From NCBI GenBank assembly GCA_050952625.1, contig JBMNLH010000002.1, positions 98,990-162,989 of the forward strand: a stretch of DNA of 64,000 bases. Direction: 5' to 3'. Numbering within the stretch: position 1 is the stretch's first letter; each line of letters begins with the position of its first letter. The DNA is from Bacillota bacterium. GTDB taxonomy: Bacteria; Bacillota; Ch66; Ch109. This document shows positions 20,376-30,465 of the stretch, piece after piece. A program made the position numbers and the translations under genes. A model generated the notes under the pieces. It was not told the DNA's origin. It worked only from the letters and a program-made list of their open reading frames with translations, and ran no database searches.

Positions 20376-21107
20376 ATTAAGTATCAAGTTTTAGGGACAA
20401 CCATGCAGTGTTTAAACGTTGATCTTGAACCGGGCGAACAGCTCTATACTGAATCTGGAGCAATGGCCTGGATGAGCAGCAACATTAAAATGGATACTAA
20501 CTTTAAAGGCGGTTTATTAAAATCGTTTGCGAGGGCAATTACGGGCGAATCCCTTACGTTTACCTTTTATGAAGCTACCGGATCAGCTGGAAACATTGGC
20601 TTTGTTACTGCTGCCCCTGGGAAAATCCTACCCATAATGGTTCAACCAGGAACCGAATATATCTGTCAAAAGGGATCCTTTTTGTGTGCCCAACCTTCTG
20701 TGGAAATGAGCATCCATTTCAATCGCAAACTAGGAGCTGGCTTTTTTGGCGGCGAAGGTTTTATTCTGCAAAAATTAAAAGGACAAGGAATGGCTTTTGT
20801 CGAGATTGACGGTGAGGTTTTAGAGAAGCAATTAGCCCCGGGGGAAACGATCCTGGTCGATACCGGTCATGTTGCAATGTTTGAGGCAACTGTTTCGATG
20901 GATATCCAGATGGTTAAAGGCGTGAAGAATGTTATCTTCGGGGGAGAGGGACTTTTCCTCACAACCCTGCGTGGTCCTGGGCGAGTCTGGGTGCAGACCT
21001 TAACCTTGGCGGGACTGGCTGGTCGCTTGCGTCCTTTTTTAGCCTCCAAGAAAAGCAGTAGTGACGGCGGAATGCTTAATTCTGTTTCTGATTTATTTAA
21101 CGATTAA
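20376..21107 (+). CDS. AIM24 / TIGR00266 family protein, probable ATT start
   Basis: ESGAM.W, GFFGGEGFILQ and VDTGH motifs; AGGAGG lies 7 nt before the in-frame ATT (IKYQVLGTTMQ). Confidence 0.9.
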   Translation: MKYQVLGTTMQCLNVDLEPGEQLYTESGAMAWMSSNIKMDTNFKGGLLKSFARAITGESLTFTFYEATGSAGNIGFVTAAPGKILPIMVQPGTEYICQKGSFLCAQPSVEMSIHFNRKLGAGFFGGEGFILQKLKGQGMAFVEIDGEVLEKQLAPGETILVDTGHVAMFEATVSMDIQMVKGVKNVIFGGEGLFLTTLRGPGRVWVQTLTLAGLAGRLRPFLASKKSSSDGGMLNSVSDLFND

Positions 21108-21310
21108 GGTTTCAAATGGAACTTACCTAAACGAAACTTACATAAATCATCCTCTAAATCAAAAATAAATCAATAACAGAGCAGGGCTGTTTTCCGCTTT
21201 TTCAGTATCGGAAAGATCTTACTGTCAAATACTATGCTTAATCATTGCTGTAATTAAGGACAAACTTAAGCGACGGTTGCTCTACCTTCAAAAGGAAAGG
21301 AGACCTAAAG

Positions 21311-22558
21311 TTGGAAGGCTTGCTCTTTTATGTGTTAACTGCCTTAGTGAACACCGCTGAAGTAATAATATTTTTTATCCTGGCGTATTATTATTTTGTT
21401 TCTATTTTTGGTTGGCAAAAAATTGAAGAAAAAAAGGATCTTACCCCCTCTAAAAAATTCGCTTTAATTACTGCCGCTCATAATGAAGAAGCGGTGATTA
21501 AATATCACATCGAAAGCCTCAAGAGATTAAATTATCCGAAAGAATTGTATGATATTTATATAATTGCCGACAACTGTACTGACACCACGGCCGAAATAGC
21601 CCGAAATGAGGGAGTTAATGTTTACGAACGTTTCTCTCCCCAAAGAGGCAAAGGTTTTGCACTCGAATGGATGTTCAACGAGCTGTTTAAGCTGGAAGAT
21701 AAAGAATACGATGCAATCTGCATGTTTGACGCAGATAATCTAGTGTCTTCCAACTTTCTGTTAGAAATGAACGCTAAGTTAAAGCAGGGATTCAAGTCCA
21801 TTCAGGGTTATCTTGATACGAAGAATCCCAACGACTCCTGGGTTACTGCCTGTTACGCCACCGCCTATTGGTCGATGAATCGGATGTGGCAGTTAGCTCG
21901 TTATAACTTGGGGCTCTCCAATGCTTTGGGCGGCACTGGCCTTTGCCTGGATATCCAGGTGCTTAAGCAATACGGCTGGGGAGCACATTGTTTGACTGAA
22001 GATCTGGAGTTTACCATGAAACTCCTGCTCAATGGGATTAAGACCGCCTGGTGCCATGATTGCAAGGTTTATGACGAAAAACCGGTCCACTTTTCCCAAA
22101 CCTGGCGGCAACGGACCCGCTGGTTGCAAGGACATTGGGATGTCGCTTTTCGCTACATGATTCCGCTGATCAAAAAAGGAATTACCGAACGTAAGTGGTA
22201 CCCAATTGATGGGGCAATTTACCTGTTTCAACCCGTTTTAATTATGACCATGCTGTTTACTTTTATCATGACCCTGATTGCTTCCTTCTTCCCGGAACCA
22301 ATTTACGCCACTCCAATTACTAATTTATTGCCGGGTTGGTTCTGGCTGATGTTTGGAATTCTTGGTTATACTTATCCAATGATTGGTCTATACCTAGAGG
22401 GCGCGCCCAAAAAAGCATACTATTACTACATTACTTACCCGATTTACGGCTTAACCTGGTTTCCAGTTACTCTGGTTGGTCTATTTAAACACGGTAACCA
22501 GACCGAATGGGCCCATACTCGGCATACTCGCGGAATCTCCATCTCTACTCTGGAGTAA
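21311..22558 (+). CDS. membrane glycosyltransferase family 2
   Basis: AHNEE, DNCTD, FDADN, TED and QRTRW motifs; TM helices. Confidence 0.93.
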   Translation: MEGLLFYVLTALVNTAEVIIFFILAYYYFVSIFGWQKIEEKKDLTPSKKFALITAAHNEEAVIKYHIESLKRLNYPKELYDIYIIADNCTDTTAEIARNEGVNVYERFSPQRGKGFALEWMFNELFKLEDKEYDAICMFDADNLVSSNFLLEMNAKLKQGFKSIQGYLDTKNPNDSWVTACYATAYWSMNRMWQLARYNLGLSNALGGTGLCLDIQVLKQYGWGAHCLTEDLEFTMKLLLNGIKTAWCHDCKVYDEKPVHFSQTWRQRTRWLQGHWDVAFRYMIPLIKKGITERKWYPIDGAIYLFQPVLIMTMLFTFIMTLIASFFPEPIYATPITNLLPGWFWLMFGILGYTYPMIGLYLEGAPKKAYYYYITYPIYGLTWFPVTLVGLFKHGNQTEWAHTRHTRGISISTLE

Positions 22559-22608
22559 TTCGTTCAGCCGGGTTGATGCAAAAGCGTTAATAAAGTCTTC
22601 AAAAAGTC

Positions 22609-22644
22609 TTCAAAACCCTCACTGTTAGAAGTGGGGGTTTTGAA
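22609..22644. terminator. bidirectional terminator between convergent genes
   Basis: TTCAAAACCCTCACT...AGTGGGGGTTTTGAA. Confidence 0.75.
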
Positions 22645-22662
22645 CGTGGTCCGGCTGCGTTT

Positions 22663-24252
22663 TCACCGGTTATTTAGGTTATTTAGATTATTAATTGTAT
22701 CCGATTCCCATATCTGGTATTTAACAAAAAGATTATACACCCTTTCATCAAGCTTACCGTCCTTAACCATAAAACCCATTATCCGCAATGCCTGATCAAC
22801 CGGCAGGGCCTTCTTATAAGGGCGATCACTGGCCGTTAAGGCATCAAAGACATCTACCAGGGCTAAAATGCGGGCCTCAAGGGGAATTTTGTCACCCTTA
22901 ATTCCTTGCGGATACCCTTTTCCATCTAAATGTTCATGGTGCATGCGGGCAAACACCGGCACTTCCTGAAACTTTTTAATGAAAGGGATATTCTCCAGAA
23001 GCCGAGCCGTAATTTCCACGTGTTCTTCCATGATCTGACGTTCTTCTGATGTTAACGTGCCGGTGCGAACGATCAGATTGTTTAACTCCACTGCCGTCAA
23101 ATAAGGTTTCGGCTGACCCGCTGGATCTAGATAAGTTTTAGACGCTATTTCCCTTAATTGATTAGCGATTACTTCATCTACCAATGTACCGGGGTCATTA
23201 ACCCGTAAAATAATTTCCCGATGTGCTTCAAGCTGCCGCCGCCTTTCCTGCAACTGAAAAACTTCTTCCCTGGCCTGCTTTTCCTGGCCGGTCTGCCACA
23301 ACTCGAGTTGCCGCTGCAGGGAAATTGTTTCTTCTGTCCGCCAAATGTAATCAAATCTCTGGAGTAACAACTCCAGACCATCACCGAGCCGAGTCGCTTT
23401 ATTCATTACCGATAATGGGGTAGCTATTTTGCCAATATCATGCAGCCAACCAGCCATGGTCAACTGATCTAACCGTTCCTGAGTAAACACTATCTCTCTC
23501 CAGGGTTCCTCCTCTTCCTGATTGATTCTTTCCCCGATTGCCCGGGCGAGCAGAGCAACTCGACGGGAATGGTTGGCATTATAGGGAGTACGAGAATCAA
23601 TTGCCGCGGCCATCACTTTGACAAAAGAGTTAAACAGTTCCTCAATATCCCGCAGCAGCTGGGTATTGGTGATGGCTACACCGGCCTGGGAGGCCAGAGA
23701 TTCAATAACCTTTTGATAGTATGGGGCAAAAGAAATAACCTCCTGATTGGCCGGGTCCTGAGCGTTAATTAACTGCAGAACGCCTAGTATATCACCCTCC
23801 TGGTTTTTAATCGGCACAACCAACATTGATCGGGTGCGATAACCAGTCATTTGATCGTAGTGGCGCGGACCGGTAAAATCAAACGCTTCTGTCTGGTAAA
23901 CATCGCTGATGTTGACACTACAGCCGGTCAGGGCAACATAACCGGAAACATTTTCTTTTTTAATTGGGACTGGCGGGAGGTTTAGCAGTTCACCGTCACC
24001 ACCTTGTCTAATTTTCAGGGTTTGGTTTTGACTAATCCGGAAATACAAGACATCCTGTTGTTTTAAGTAAAGGGTCCCGGCGTCAGCGTTAGTAATCCGA
24101 CGCGCTTCGGTCACAATCATTTCCAGCAACCGGTTTAGATCCTTTTCTGCTGATAGGGCGATACCTATATTCAGTAAATTCTCTATTTCAGCAAACGTAT
24201 TTTCTTGCCTATTGCCAGGTTCCATTGCTATCTGAAGACCATGTTTCATCAA
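22663..24252 (-). CDS. GAF + HD-GYP c-di-GMP phosphodiesterase
   Basis: N-terminal GAF domain; HDIGK, HHEHLDGKGYP and DVFDAL..DRPYK motifs. Confidence 0.92.
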   Translation of the reverse strand: MMKHGLQIAMEPGNRQENTFAEIENLLNIGIALSAEKDLNRLLEMIVTEARRITNADAGTLYLKQQDVLYFRISQNQTLKIRQGGDGELLNLPPVPIKKENVSGYVALTGCSVNISDVYQTEAFDFTGPRHYDQMTGYRTRSMLVVPIKNQEGDILGVLQLINAQDPANQEVISFAPYYQKVIESLASQAGVAITNTQLLRDIEELFNSFVKVMAAAIDSRTPYNANHSRRVALLARAIGERINQEEEEPWREIVFTQERLDQLTMAGWLHDIGKIATPLSVMNKATRLGDGLELLLQRFDYIWRTEETISLQRQLELWQTGQEKQAREEVFQLQERRRQLEAHREIILRVNDPGTLVDEVIANQLREIASKTYLDPAGQPKPYLTAVELNNLIVRTGTLTSEERQIMEEHVEITARLLENIPFIKKFQEVPVFARMHHEHLDGKGYPQGIKGDKIPLEARILALVDVFDALTASDRPYKKALPVDQALRIMGFMVKDGKLDERVYNLFVKYQIWESDTINNLNNLNNR

Positions 24253-24392
24253 TATTCCGCGTCTCCTTTTGGCCTTGGCCTTGATGAAATATTAGATACT
24301 AGTTTGTTGAGTACATTTCGACACTGTCCCGGGAAACTCCTTCCAGCGAAAGCAAAGACTTTGTTGCAATCATCGCCCAGCAAAGCCAACAA

Positions 24393-24423
24393 TAAAAAAA
24401 TCCCCCCCATGGCGAGGAGGATG
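24393..24423 (-). terminator. terminator of the small-peptide gene
   Basis: Minus strand reads CATCCTCC-TCGCCAT-GGGGGGAT-TTTTTT. Confidence 0.6.
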
Positions 24424-24451
24424 ATACTGAGCGGCTTGTTTCCGCCAGGTA

Positions 24452-24577
24452 CTACTCGTTGGCGATAAAAAAGCCACCTTTGAAAAAGAAAAAGCAGAAG
24501 ATAACAATGACTAACACCCAGATCCAGGTGTTGGAGCCACCAAAAAATTCCACCAAAGCGTCTCCCTTATGGTCCAT
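24452..24577 (-). CDS. 41-aa single-TM peptide, missed by the ORF track
   Basis: MDHKGDALVEFFGGSNTWIWVLVIVIFCFFFFKGGFFIANE; GGGGGG RBS and its own terminator. Confidence 0.7.
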   Translation of the reverse strand: MDHKGDALVEFFGGSNTWIWVLVIVIFCFFFFKGGFFIANE

Positions 24578-24713
24578 TACTTGATCCCCCCTAATATGTT
24601 AGAATTGTTCCTACGCGATACCATCATATTCAGCAGAGGGATAAAGGGTGAACAAAAAATGGTCTACATTATTTATATTTTGAACACAAACCGGCAATTC
24701 GAACATCCCGAAC

Positions 24714-25880
24714 TTATTTCTTCCAGACGTAAATTTTTTCGTAGAAATTTCCGGCCCGACGTCCGGTTCGCCGGTTAACCTGTCGAACTAGAACTGCCTC
24801 AGTTTTTAACCCTAACCGCCGTCCAATCCCTGGATATAGCTCATACCGATCATGAACTACAACCACTATCGTTCCCCCCCGGACTACTTTCTGGTAGAGA
24901 TTATCGAAAACAGCGGTCATATCCTCTACATACGACTGCCGGGCAGCTTTCCCTTTTCCCCGGTAAGCCGGCCCTATTTCTTGAACACTCCGATCCGGCA
25001 AACCAAGCAGTTCATAAGCGTAACGGTGCTGTTCATGATAATCAATTAAACCAACGTAGGGTGGAGAGGTCATCACCAAATCACACTCCGGGAACTTGAT
25101 CTGCCGAGCATCACCGCAAGTCACAACGACAGTTGAATTTTTTCTGATACTGGAATAGGCCTTAATTCTTTGAATAGTATCCAACGTATATTTTTTCAAA
25201 AAGCTTAGCGCTCGTTCGGTCGGTTTACAGATCCGTTTGTGCTTCCGGCAATAATAAGGTTCAGTTACTGGTGCCTCGGGAAAATCTAAATCATAGTGCG
25301 CCGCCAGTCGAGCGGACCGGGCTGCTCGAGACAGGATAATTTTCATAACCGAGGCATATTCGAACCGGTTAATCTGTTCCCGATAAGCGAATAACTCCTT
25401 CAGTGACCTGGCCGAATACCAGTTGGTTAAATACTCGGAAGGCCAATTAAGCTTAAGGTCAGCGTTGGATTCCAGCAGTGCTTCAGCCCCCTGATAAGCC
25501 TCCGTCAAAGCTGCTTCTAGTGAACCTAAGTCATATTGGCCGGTCTTAACTTGACTTAATAAGCAGTTGAATTCGGAAATATCCACGCCAAAACAATCCA
25601 GACCTAATACCGAAGCCTCCACCAACGTCGTGCCTGACCCACAAAATGGATCAATGACCCGCTCCCGGGCATACTTACGTAAAAAGATCTCGACCAATTG
25701 AGGGATATACTTGCCTAAATAGGGATGTAAACGATGAACATGCTTGGTTCTTTCTCGTTCAGGCAAATCAGATTCACGCCAGTTCAGGTTAAGCCGCCTA
25801 ATATCCGTTTCGTGGTTAACGGCAGAAAAATCAATAAATGCTTGGTCCGATTCCGTCAGAACTTCCTTCAACTCAAACAT
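24714..25880 (-). CDS. orphan DNA methyltransferase, probably N4-cytosine
   Basis: Motif I DPFCGSGT precedes motif IV TSPPY; no neighbouring endonuclease. Confidence 0.88.
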   Translation of the reverse strand: MFELKEVLTESDQAFIDFSAVNHETDIRRLNLNWRESDLPERERTKHVHRLHPYLGKYIPQLVEIFLRKYARERVIDPFCGSGTTLVEASVLGLDCFGVDISEFNCLLSQVKTGQYDLGSLEAALTEAYQGAEALLESNADLKLNWPSEYLTNWYSARSLKELFAYREQINRFEYASVMKIILSRAARSARLAAHYDLDFPEAPVTEPYYCRKHKRICKPTERALSFLKKYTLDTIQRIKAYSSIRKNSTVVVTCGDARQIKFPECDLVMTSPPYVGLIDYHEQHRYAYELLGLPDRSVQEIGPAYRGKGKAARQSYVEDMTAVFDNLYQKVVRGGTIVVVVHDRYELYPGIGRRLGLKTEAVLVRQVNRRTGRRAGNFYEKIYVWKK

Positions 25881-25942
25881 TGTTAAGTTTTACTCCGCCT
25901 TTCATAATAAGCATTTACTAAATCAAATTATCTCGAGCTTTT

Positions 25943-25967
25943 ATTCTACTCCGTTGCTCAATATCCT
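25943..25967 (-). promoter_or_regulatory. sigma-H-type promoter of the methyltransferase
   Basis: GAAGGA-N17-GAAT. Confidence 0.5.
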
Positions 25968-26136
25968 TCCAAGGTTTTGCAACGGAATATGAAAAACTGA
26001 TCATGCGATGAGCGAAACACAACTAAATCAAGCAAACCGTGTCTTCTAACAAACAAAAAACGGTATCAAAGATACCGCCGGCTGAAAAGTGTTATTTCTT
26101 CCAATCATATCTAAAATTTAATCGATTACCCAAAAA

Positions 26137-26220
26137 TCAGGAGGTTATCCGGCCTAAAAAGAATAAAGCTAGCAGGAGAGTTCCGAGCAGACCAAAAGTT
26201 GCTGATGTATGGTTCACCAT
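26137..26220 (-). CDS. putative 27-aa hydrophobic peptide
   Basis: MVNHTSATFGLLGTLLLALFFLGRITS after an AAAGGGGTG SD. Confidence 0.5.
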   Translation of the reverse strand: MVNHTSATFGLLGTLLLALFFLGRITS

Positions 26221-26457
26221 CTCCACCCCTTTCATGAAATTTAGGCCTGAGTTAAACTACAACCTAAGGGCTGGTTTTTAGTATATTGTATTATGTTATG
26301 TATTTCGTGATCACTATCGCAAATTCCTGCTAAAGCCGGTACTTTTTTTAAAAAAAACTAGACAATTTCAAAACGCGTAAACCAAGGGACAAAACTGAAT
26401 TTGACAGACAACCCTGGACAAAGTCGTCCAGGGTTGTCAAAAAGATTTTTTTTTGCT

Positions 26458-26550
26458 GCTTGTGTTTTTACTCGTTCGCAGGCTAGACTGGGAACAAGAG
26501 CGAGTGATTTAAGTCGCCAATCACTGACCTTAGATACAACACGACGCGAT
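26458..26550 (-). repeat. dispersed hairpin repeat, full copy C
   Basis: Minus strand reads CGTGTTGTATCTAAGGTCAGTGATTGGCG...CCCAGTCTAGCCTGC...AAAAACACAAGC. Confidence 0.7.
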
Positions 26551-26637
26551 TTTAATTCTTCTTGATTGGGGTGCTAGATTAGCGGCATAAACGTCTCCTC
26601 TGTGTTGCAACAGACGCAATCTTCGCTGAATTCAGGT

Positions 26638-27366
26638 TTAATTTCGCCCTAATAAAGCTAATAAGTTTTCGGCCAAAACCTTTTCTCGATCCCGGCCGGT
26701 AAAAATCTGTTCCACCTTATAACGTTCATATGCCGGGTCGCCAAATGGATAATCACTCCCAAAGAGAATTCGGTCAGTTCCATAATCACCAGCAAAGTCC
26801 ACTATCTCATGCGGACTGGCTAGAGCAGTATCGACATATATGTTTGGCTTTTCAAACAGACCGGCCCGTTTTAACCGCTGATATCCGCCATTGAGACCCC
26901 CAAAATGGGGGATAATTATAGGGATCCGCTGATTAATTTGATTCACCAGGTCCAGGGTGTTTTGAAATTCGTCTTCCAACATTAGCGGCAAACCAAGAGA
27001 GCAAACTTGCTCCAAAAAGGCTCGATACTCAGGCAGTCCTACCTGGTATTCGGGTTCATTTGAATGTCGGTGCCACTTAATTCCATCAAACCCGTTACCC
27101 GGCGGCGGTTTAAAATCATTCCACACAAACCAGTAAGCGAAGATATATTCAGATCGTAAAGATTTCAGGTAGGCATGGACTTTCTCTCGCGACTCTCGAT
27201 ATTCCTGACTGTCAACAAACCAGGGATCGTAACGATCATAAACTTCTTCGACTGGCGAGATAAGTACGCCACCGGCAATCCGGCCAGCCTGCCAAAGATG
27301 GTGGATGTTGGCAAACGGAAGAGTAAGACCGCAATGAGCATGAGAATCGAAGACCAGCACTGGCAA
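26638..27366 (-). CDS. amidohydrolase_2 family TIM-barrel metallohydrolase
   Basis: DSHAH, IIPHFG, YVDTA and LFGSDYP motifs. Confidence 0.88.
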   Translation of the reverse strand: MPVLVFDSHAHCGLTLPFANIHHLWQAGRIAGGVLISPVEEVYDRYDPWFVDSQEYRESREKVHAYLKSLRSEYIFAYWFVWNDFKPPPGNGFDGIKWHRHSNEPEYQVGLPEYRAFLEQVCSLGLPLMLEDEFQNTLDLVNQINQRIPIIIPHFGGLNGGYQRLKRAGLFEKPNIYVDTALASPHEIVDFAGDYGTDRILFGSDYPFGDPAYERYKVEQIFTGRDREKVLAENLLALLGRN

Positions 27367-27391
27367 ATCACTCCTTATCAGAGAAAACTCA

Positions 27392-28321
27392 TTATCCTCG
27401 AACTAAATTGCCTATTCCGCCAAACAATAACTTGCCTAACCCCTTTTTGCCCTCCTGAGCAGCCGGTTTTGCTCTCTTGGCCGGCTCCTCAGCTGTCTTG
27501 TCGGTTTGCGCTTGCATTTTCTTTAGCGTATCTGCGATTAAGTATTTCTGGTCTCGAGCCTTGTCCTTTAGGGACTGTTTGGCTTGCGGGTTGCCCAACA
27601 CCCGGCCAAACCAGAACAGGGCATCCTTATAATTACCAATCCTTCTGGATAACTCCCCGATAATGTACTCCACACTGTCCCCATCCATCCCGGCAATGGG
27701 CGGGCTCTCCTTGGCCAAGGCCTCTTTCAAGCCAACTTGAGCCTGAGTTAAGTACTTAATCTCGTTTTCCTGGTCACCCTTGACTCGACAAATCCAACCA
27801 AGTTTGAGACAAAGCAGCGCAATTTCGCTATTTTTGGCTTTTCTGACAATACAATTGAGTAAGGCCAATTTATAGCGTTCGATTGCAATATCTGCATCAT
27901 AGATGGGTGGGTATTCTTTCGGTCGCCACCGAGAAGAGATATTTTGTTTAATTAGGTCTATATGTGTTTTTAACATCCGTTGAGTAAACTGTTTTTCTGT
28001 AGCCGCATACCCACAGGCGTTGCACACAAAGATATCATAAAACAAGGGATTTATGCCTTGATAGGTGACCATCGAATCGGTATCCCGGGAAACAACGCGT
28101 AACGCGGATTTTTTAACCGCTCGCACCCGCACCTTGGCAGCACAAACAGGGCACTCAACTGTTCGGTCAAAAAGATAGTCTTCCTCTCTTTTTTCTTTAG
28201 GTTTAACTGTTTCGGATTGTTTGCCTTCTGGGTCACCGTAGAGTGAAACATTATCGAGGTCAGTAAAACCGAACTCTTCTAAACCGGATAATAGGTTTAG
28301 ATCGTCTGCTTTTTCTGACAT
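27392..28321 (-). CDS. DUF2225 family protein
   Basis: CPVC, D.D...Y..INP.FY...C..CGYA, L.L.W..R and YIIGEL.RR motifs. Confidence 0.85.
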   Translation of the reverse strand: MSEKADDLNLLSGLEEFGFTDLDNVSLYGDPEGKQSETVKPKEKREEDYLFDRTVECPVCAAKVRVRAVKKSALRVVSRDTDSMVTYQGINPLFYDIFVCNACGYAATEKQFTQRMLKTHIDLIKQNISSRWRPKEYPPIYDADIAIERYKLALLNCIVRKAKNSEIALLCLKLGWICRVKGDQENEIKYLTQAQVGLKEALAKESPPIAGMDGDSVEYIIGELSRRIGNYKDALFWFGRVLGNPQAKQSLKDKARDQKYLIADTLKKMQAQTDKTAEEPAKRAKPAAQEGKKGLGKLLFGGIGNLVRG

Positions 28322-28447
28322 GATATACCCCCTAAATCATAATAGGACAACATAGGTTTCCTGTCCCATTATACTACGCGGAATGTTTGGGCAAAAGTCC
28401 CAAATAAATAATCACAATTTAATTGAGTTAAATTTTATTTTAAATAA

Positions 28448-30157
28448 CTAGTCCCACAACTCAACCAGTTTAAACTGATTAACATCGACTAATCCCTGGT
28501 CAGTTATTTTTAAGGCCGGAATAACTGGCAAAGCCAAAAAAGACATGGTCATAAACGGGGCATAGATCGAGCAGCCTAAACCCTGAGCCGCGGCATTGAC
28601 CTCAGCATACTTCAGTGCTGTTCTCTCGGCCCCCTCCTCGGACATTAAACCGGCGATCGGCAGCGGCAGGGTTGCCAGAACCTTTTGACCGCTGACCACG
28701 GCTAATCCGCCGCCCATTTGAGCGACGGTTTCCGCAGCCAAGCACATCGTTTCCGGATCCGCGCCTACCACAATCAAATTATGGCTATCGTGCGCCACGG
28801 TCGAAGCTAAAGCCCCGGTCTTGAGCCCGAAGCCGCGAACGAAACCAAGTCCCACGCTCCCGCCACGGTTATAGCGTTCAATTACCGCTACCTTCATCAC
28901 ATCATAATCCGGGTCAAGAGCACCGACCGCTGCCCAACCCTGCCGCGTCAGAATTTGATCCGCCAGGACTTCAATCACCCTGGCTCTGGTTGCGCCGGCG
29001 GGTGGGGTATAGTCTAATTTCTGACGCAGGTCAGGTAAATGAACTGTCTGGGTCACTGACTTAAGCAGGGCTTGATCAAGGTCCGATTTGACCGGTACCA
29101 GTAAATTCCCATTCTCCGCCACCCTTACCCCGCGTTTGTACACCTGTTTGACCCGGTAAGCGTAAACACTGTCTACCACCACCAGGTCCGCCAGATAACC
29201 GGGGGCAATCGCTCCTCGGTCGTGCAAACCGTACAGCCGGGCACTGTTAAGCGTAGCTAGACGCACAGCAGTAACCGGATCCAATCCCCAGGCAACTGCG
29301 TAGCGCAGGATATGGTCCATCTCGCCTTCCGTTATCAATTCTCCTGGCTGACGGTCATCACTGCAAAAAGAACAAAAAGGAGCGGTGTTCTGGTTAACCA
29401 CATGCAGCAATTCGTCCAAGTTGCGGGCGGCCGAACCTTCTCGAATCAGGACATGCATCCCTAGAGCCAATTTTTCTTCCGCTTCATAACTGGAAGTACA
29501 CTCATGATCGGTCCGAATCCCGGCCGCGATATAAGCCTGCAATAATTTGTCACTTAATAAGGGGGAATGTCCGTCAATGATCTTCCCAGCCTCTCGGGCT
29601 GCTCTTATTTTATCCAGAACGCCGGGATCCTTCTGGCATACCCCAAGATAATTCATCATTTCCCCTAAACCGGGTGAAGCCGGGTAATCTCGCCAAATCC
29701 GGGCGATATCTGGGGCGTGAATTTCGGCCCCGGCTGTTTCCAGGTTGGTAGCCGGGACGCAGGATGGAATTTGGTAATATATATCTAATGGCAAATTCTG
29801 ACTGGCCTTAACCATATATTCTAATCCGGCTATCCCGGTAACGTTAACTATCTCATGGGGGTCTGCGATGACGGTAGTGGTCCCGTGCGGTACCACGGCC
29901 TGCGCAAAAGCAGGGGGAGTTAACATCGTACTTTCAATATGAATATGCGCATCAATCAGCCCGGGAATAATCACACTCCCGGTGAGGTTTACTATTTCAC
30001 GCCCTTCCCGATAATCTCCGACTCCGGCAATCCTTTCCCCGGCCAAAGCGACATTGGCCTGGACAATCTCCCCGGTAAAAACGTTCAAGACGTTAGCCCC
30101 TCGTAACAAAATATCCGCCGGGGCCTGGCCAAGGGCGACTTCAATTAAATGCTCCAA
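28448..30157 (-). CDS. ade: adenine deaminase
   Basis: DAHIHIES, DPHEI, EMMN, DGH, DHEC, REGS and AHDSHN motifs; start approximate. Confidence 0.95.
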   Translation of the reverse strand: MEHLIEVALGQAPADILLRGANVLNVFTGEIVQANVALAGERIAGVGDYREGREIVNLTGSVIIPGLIDAHIHIESTMLTPPAFAQAVVPHGTTTVIADPHEIVNVTGIAGLEYMVKASQNLPLDIYYQIPSCVPATNLETAGAEIHAPDIARIWRDYPASPGLGEMMNYLGVCQKDPGVLDKIRAAREAGKIIDGHSPLLSDKLLQAYIAAGIRTDHECTSSYEAEEKLALGMHVLIREGSAARNLDELLHVVNQNTAPFCSFCSDDRQPGELITEGEMDHILRYAVAWGLDPVTAVRLATLNSARLYGLHDRGAIAPGYLADLVVVDSVYAYRVKQVYKRGVRVAENGNLLVPVKSDLDQALLKSVTQTVHLPDLRQKLDYTPPAGATRARVIEVLADQILTRQGWAAVGALDPDYDVMKVAVIERYNRGGSVGLGFVRGFGLKTGALASTVAHDSHNLIVVGADPETMCLAAETVAQMGGGLAVVSGQKVLATLPLPIAGLMSEEGAERTALKYAEVNAAAQGLGCSIYAPFMTMSFLALPVIPALKITDQGLVDVNQFKLVELWD

Positions 30158-30292
30158 ACATGCCACTCCCTTAAGTCGTATTGTGTTTTCAATAGTATAA
30201 CAACTTTTTAGGGTGGGAAGCAAAAAATATTGCTAGATTGTTGCAGGAATCATAGATTGAACGTTGTATTTATGAATGAAAAGAAATGATGC

Positions 30293-30334
30293 AAACCGCC
30301 AATCGCTCACCTGCGTTAACATCACGGTGCGATC
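30293..30334 (-). repeat. dispersed hairpin repeat, 5' half copy E
   Basis: Minus strand reads GATCGCACCGTGATGTTAACGCAGGTGAGCGATTGGCGG. Confidence 0.6.
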
Positions 30335-30465
30335 ATGAGTGTTCGTTTTTTGATGGGACTGTTTAGCAGCATGGAGGTTTGTTTGAAAGAGCTGACGCTG
30401 TGTTTATCTCGTAGCCGGCTAAATTAAGAATGGCTAATGTAACTTGTCTAACTGGAGGGAAATAT

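Noticed and set aside
26403-26415. 13-nt match (GACAGACAACCCT) to the end of spacer 62608-62643
   Set aside because: A match this short is expected by chance across 123 spacers and 64 kb; it is not evidence of self-targeting.
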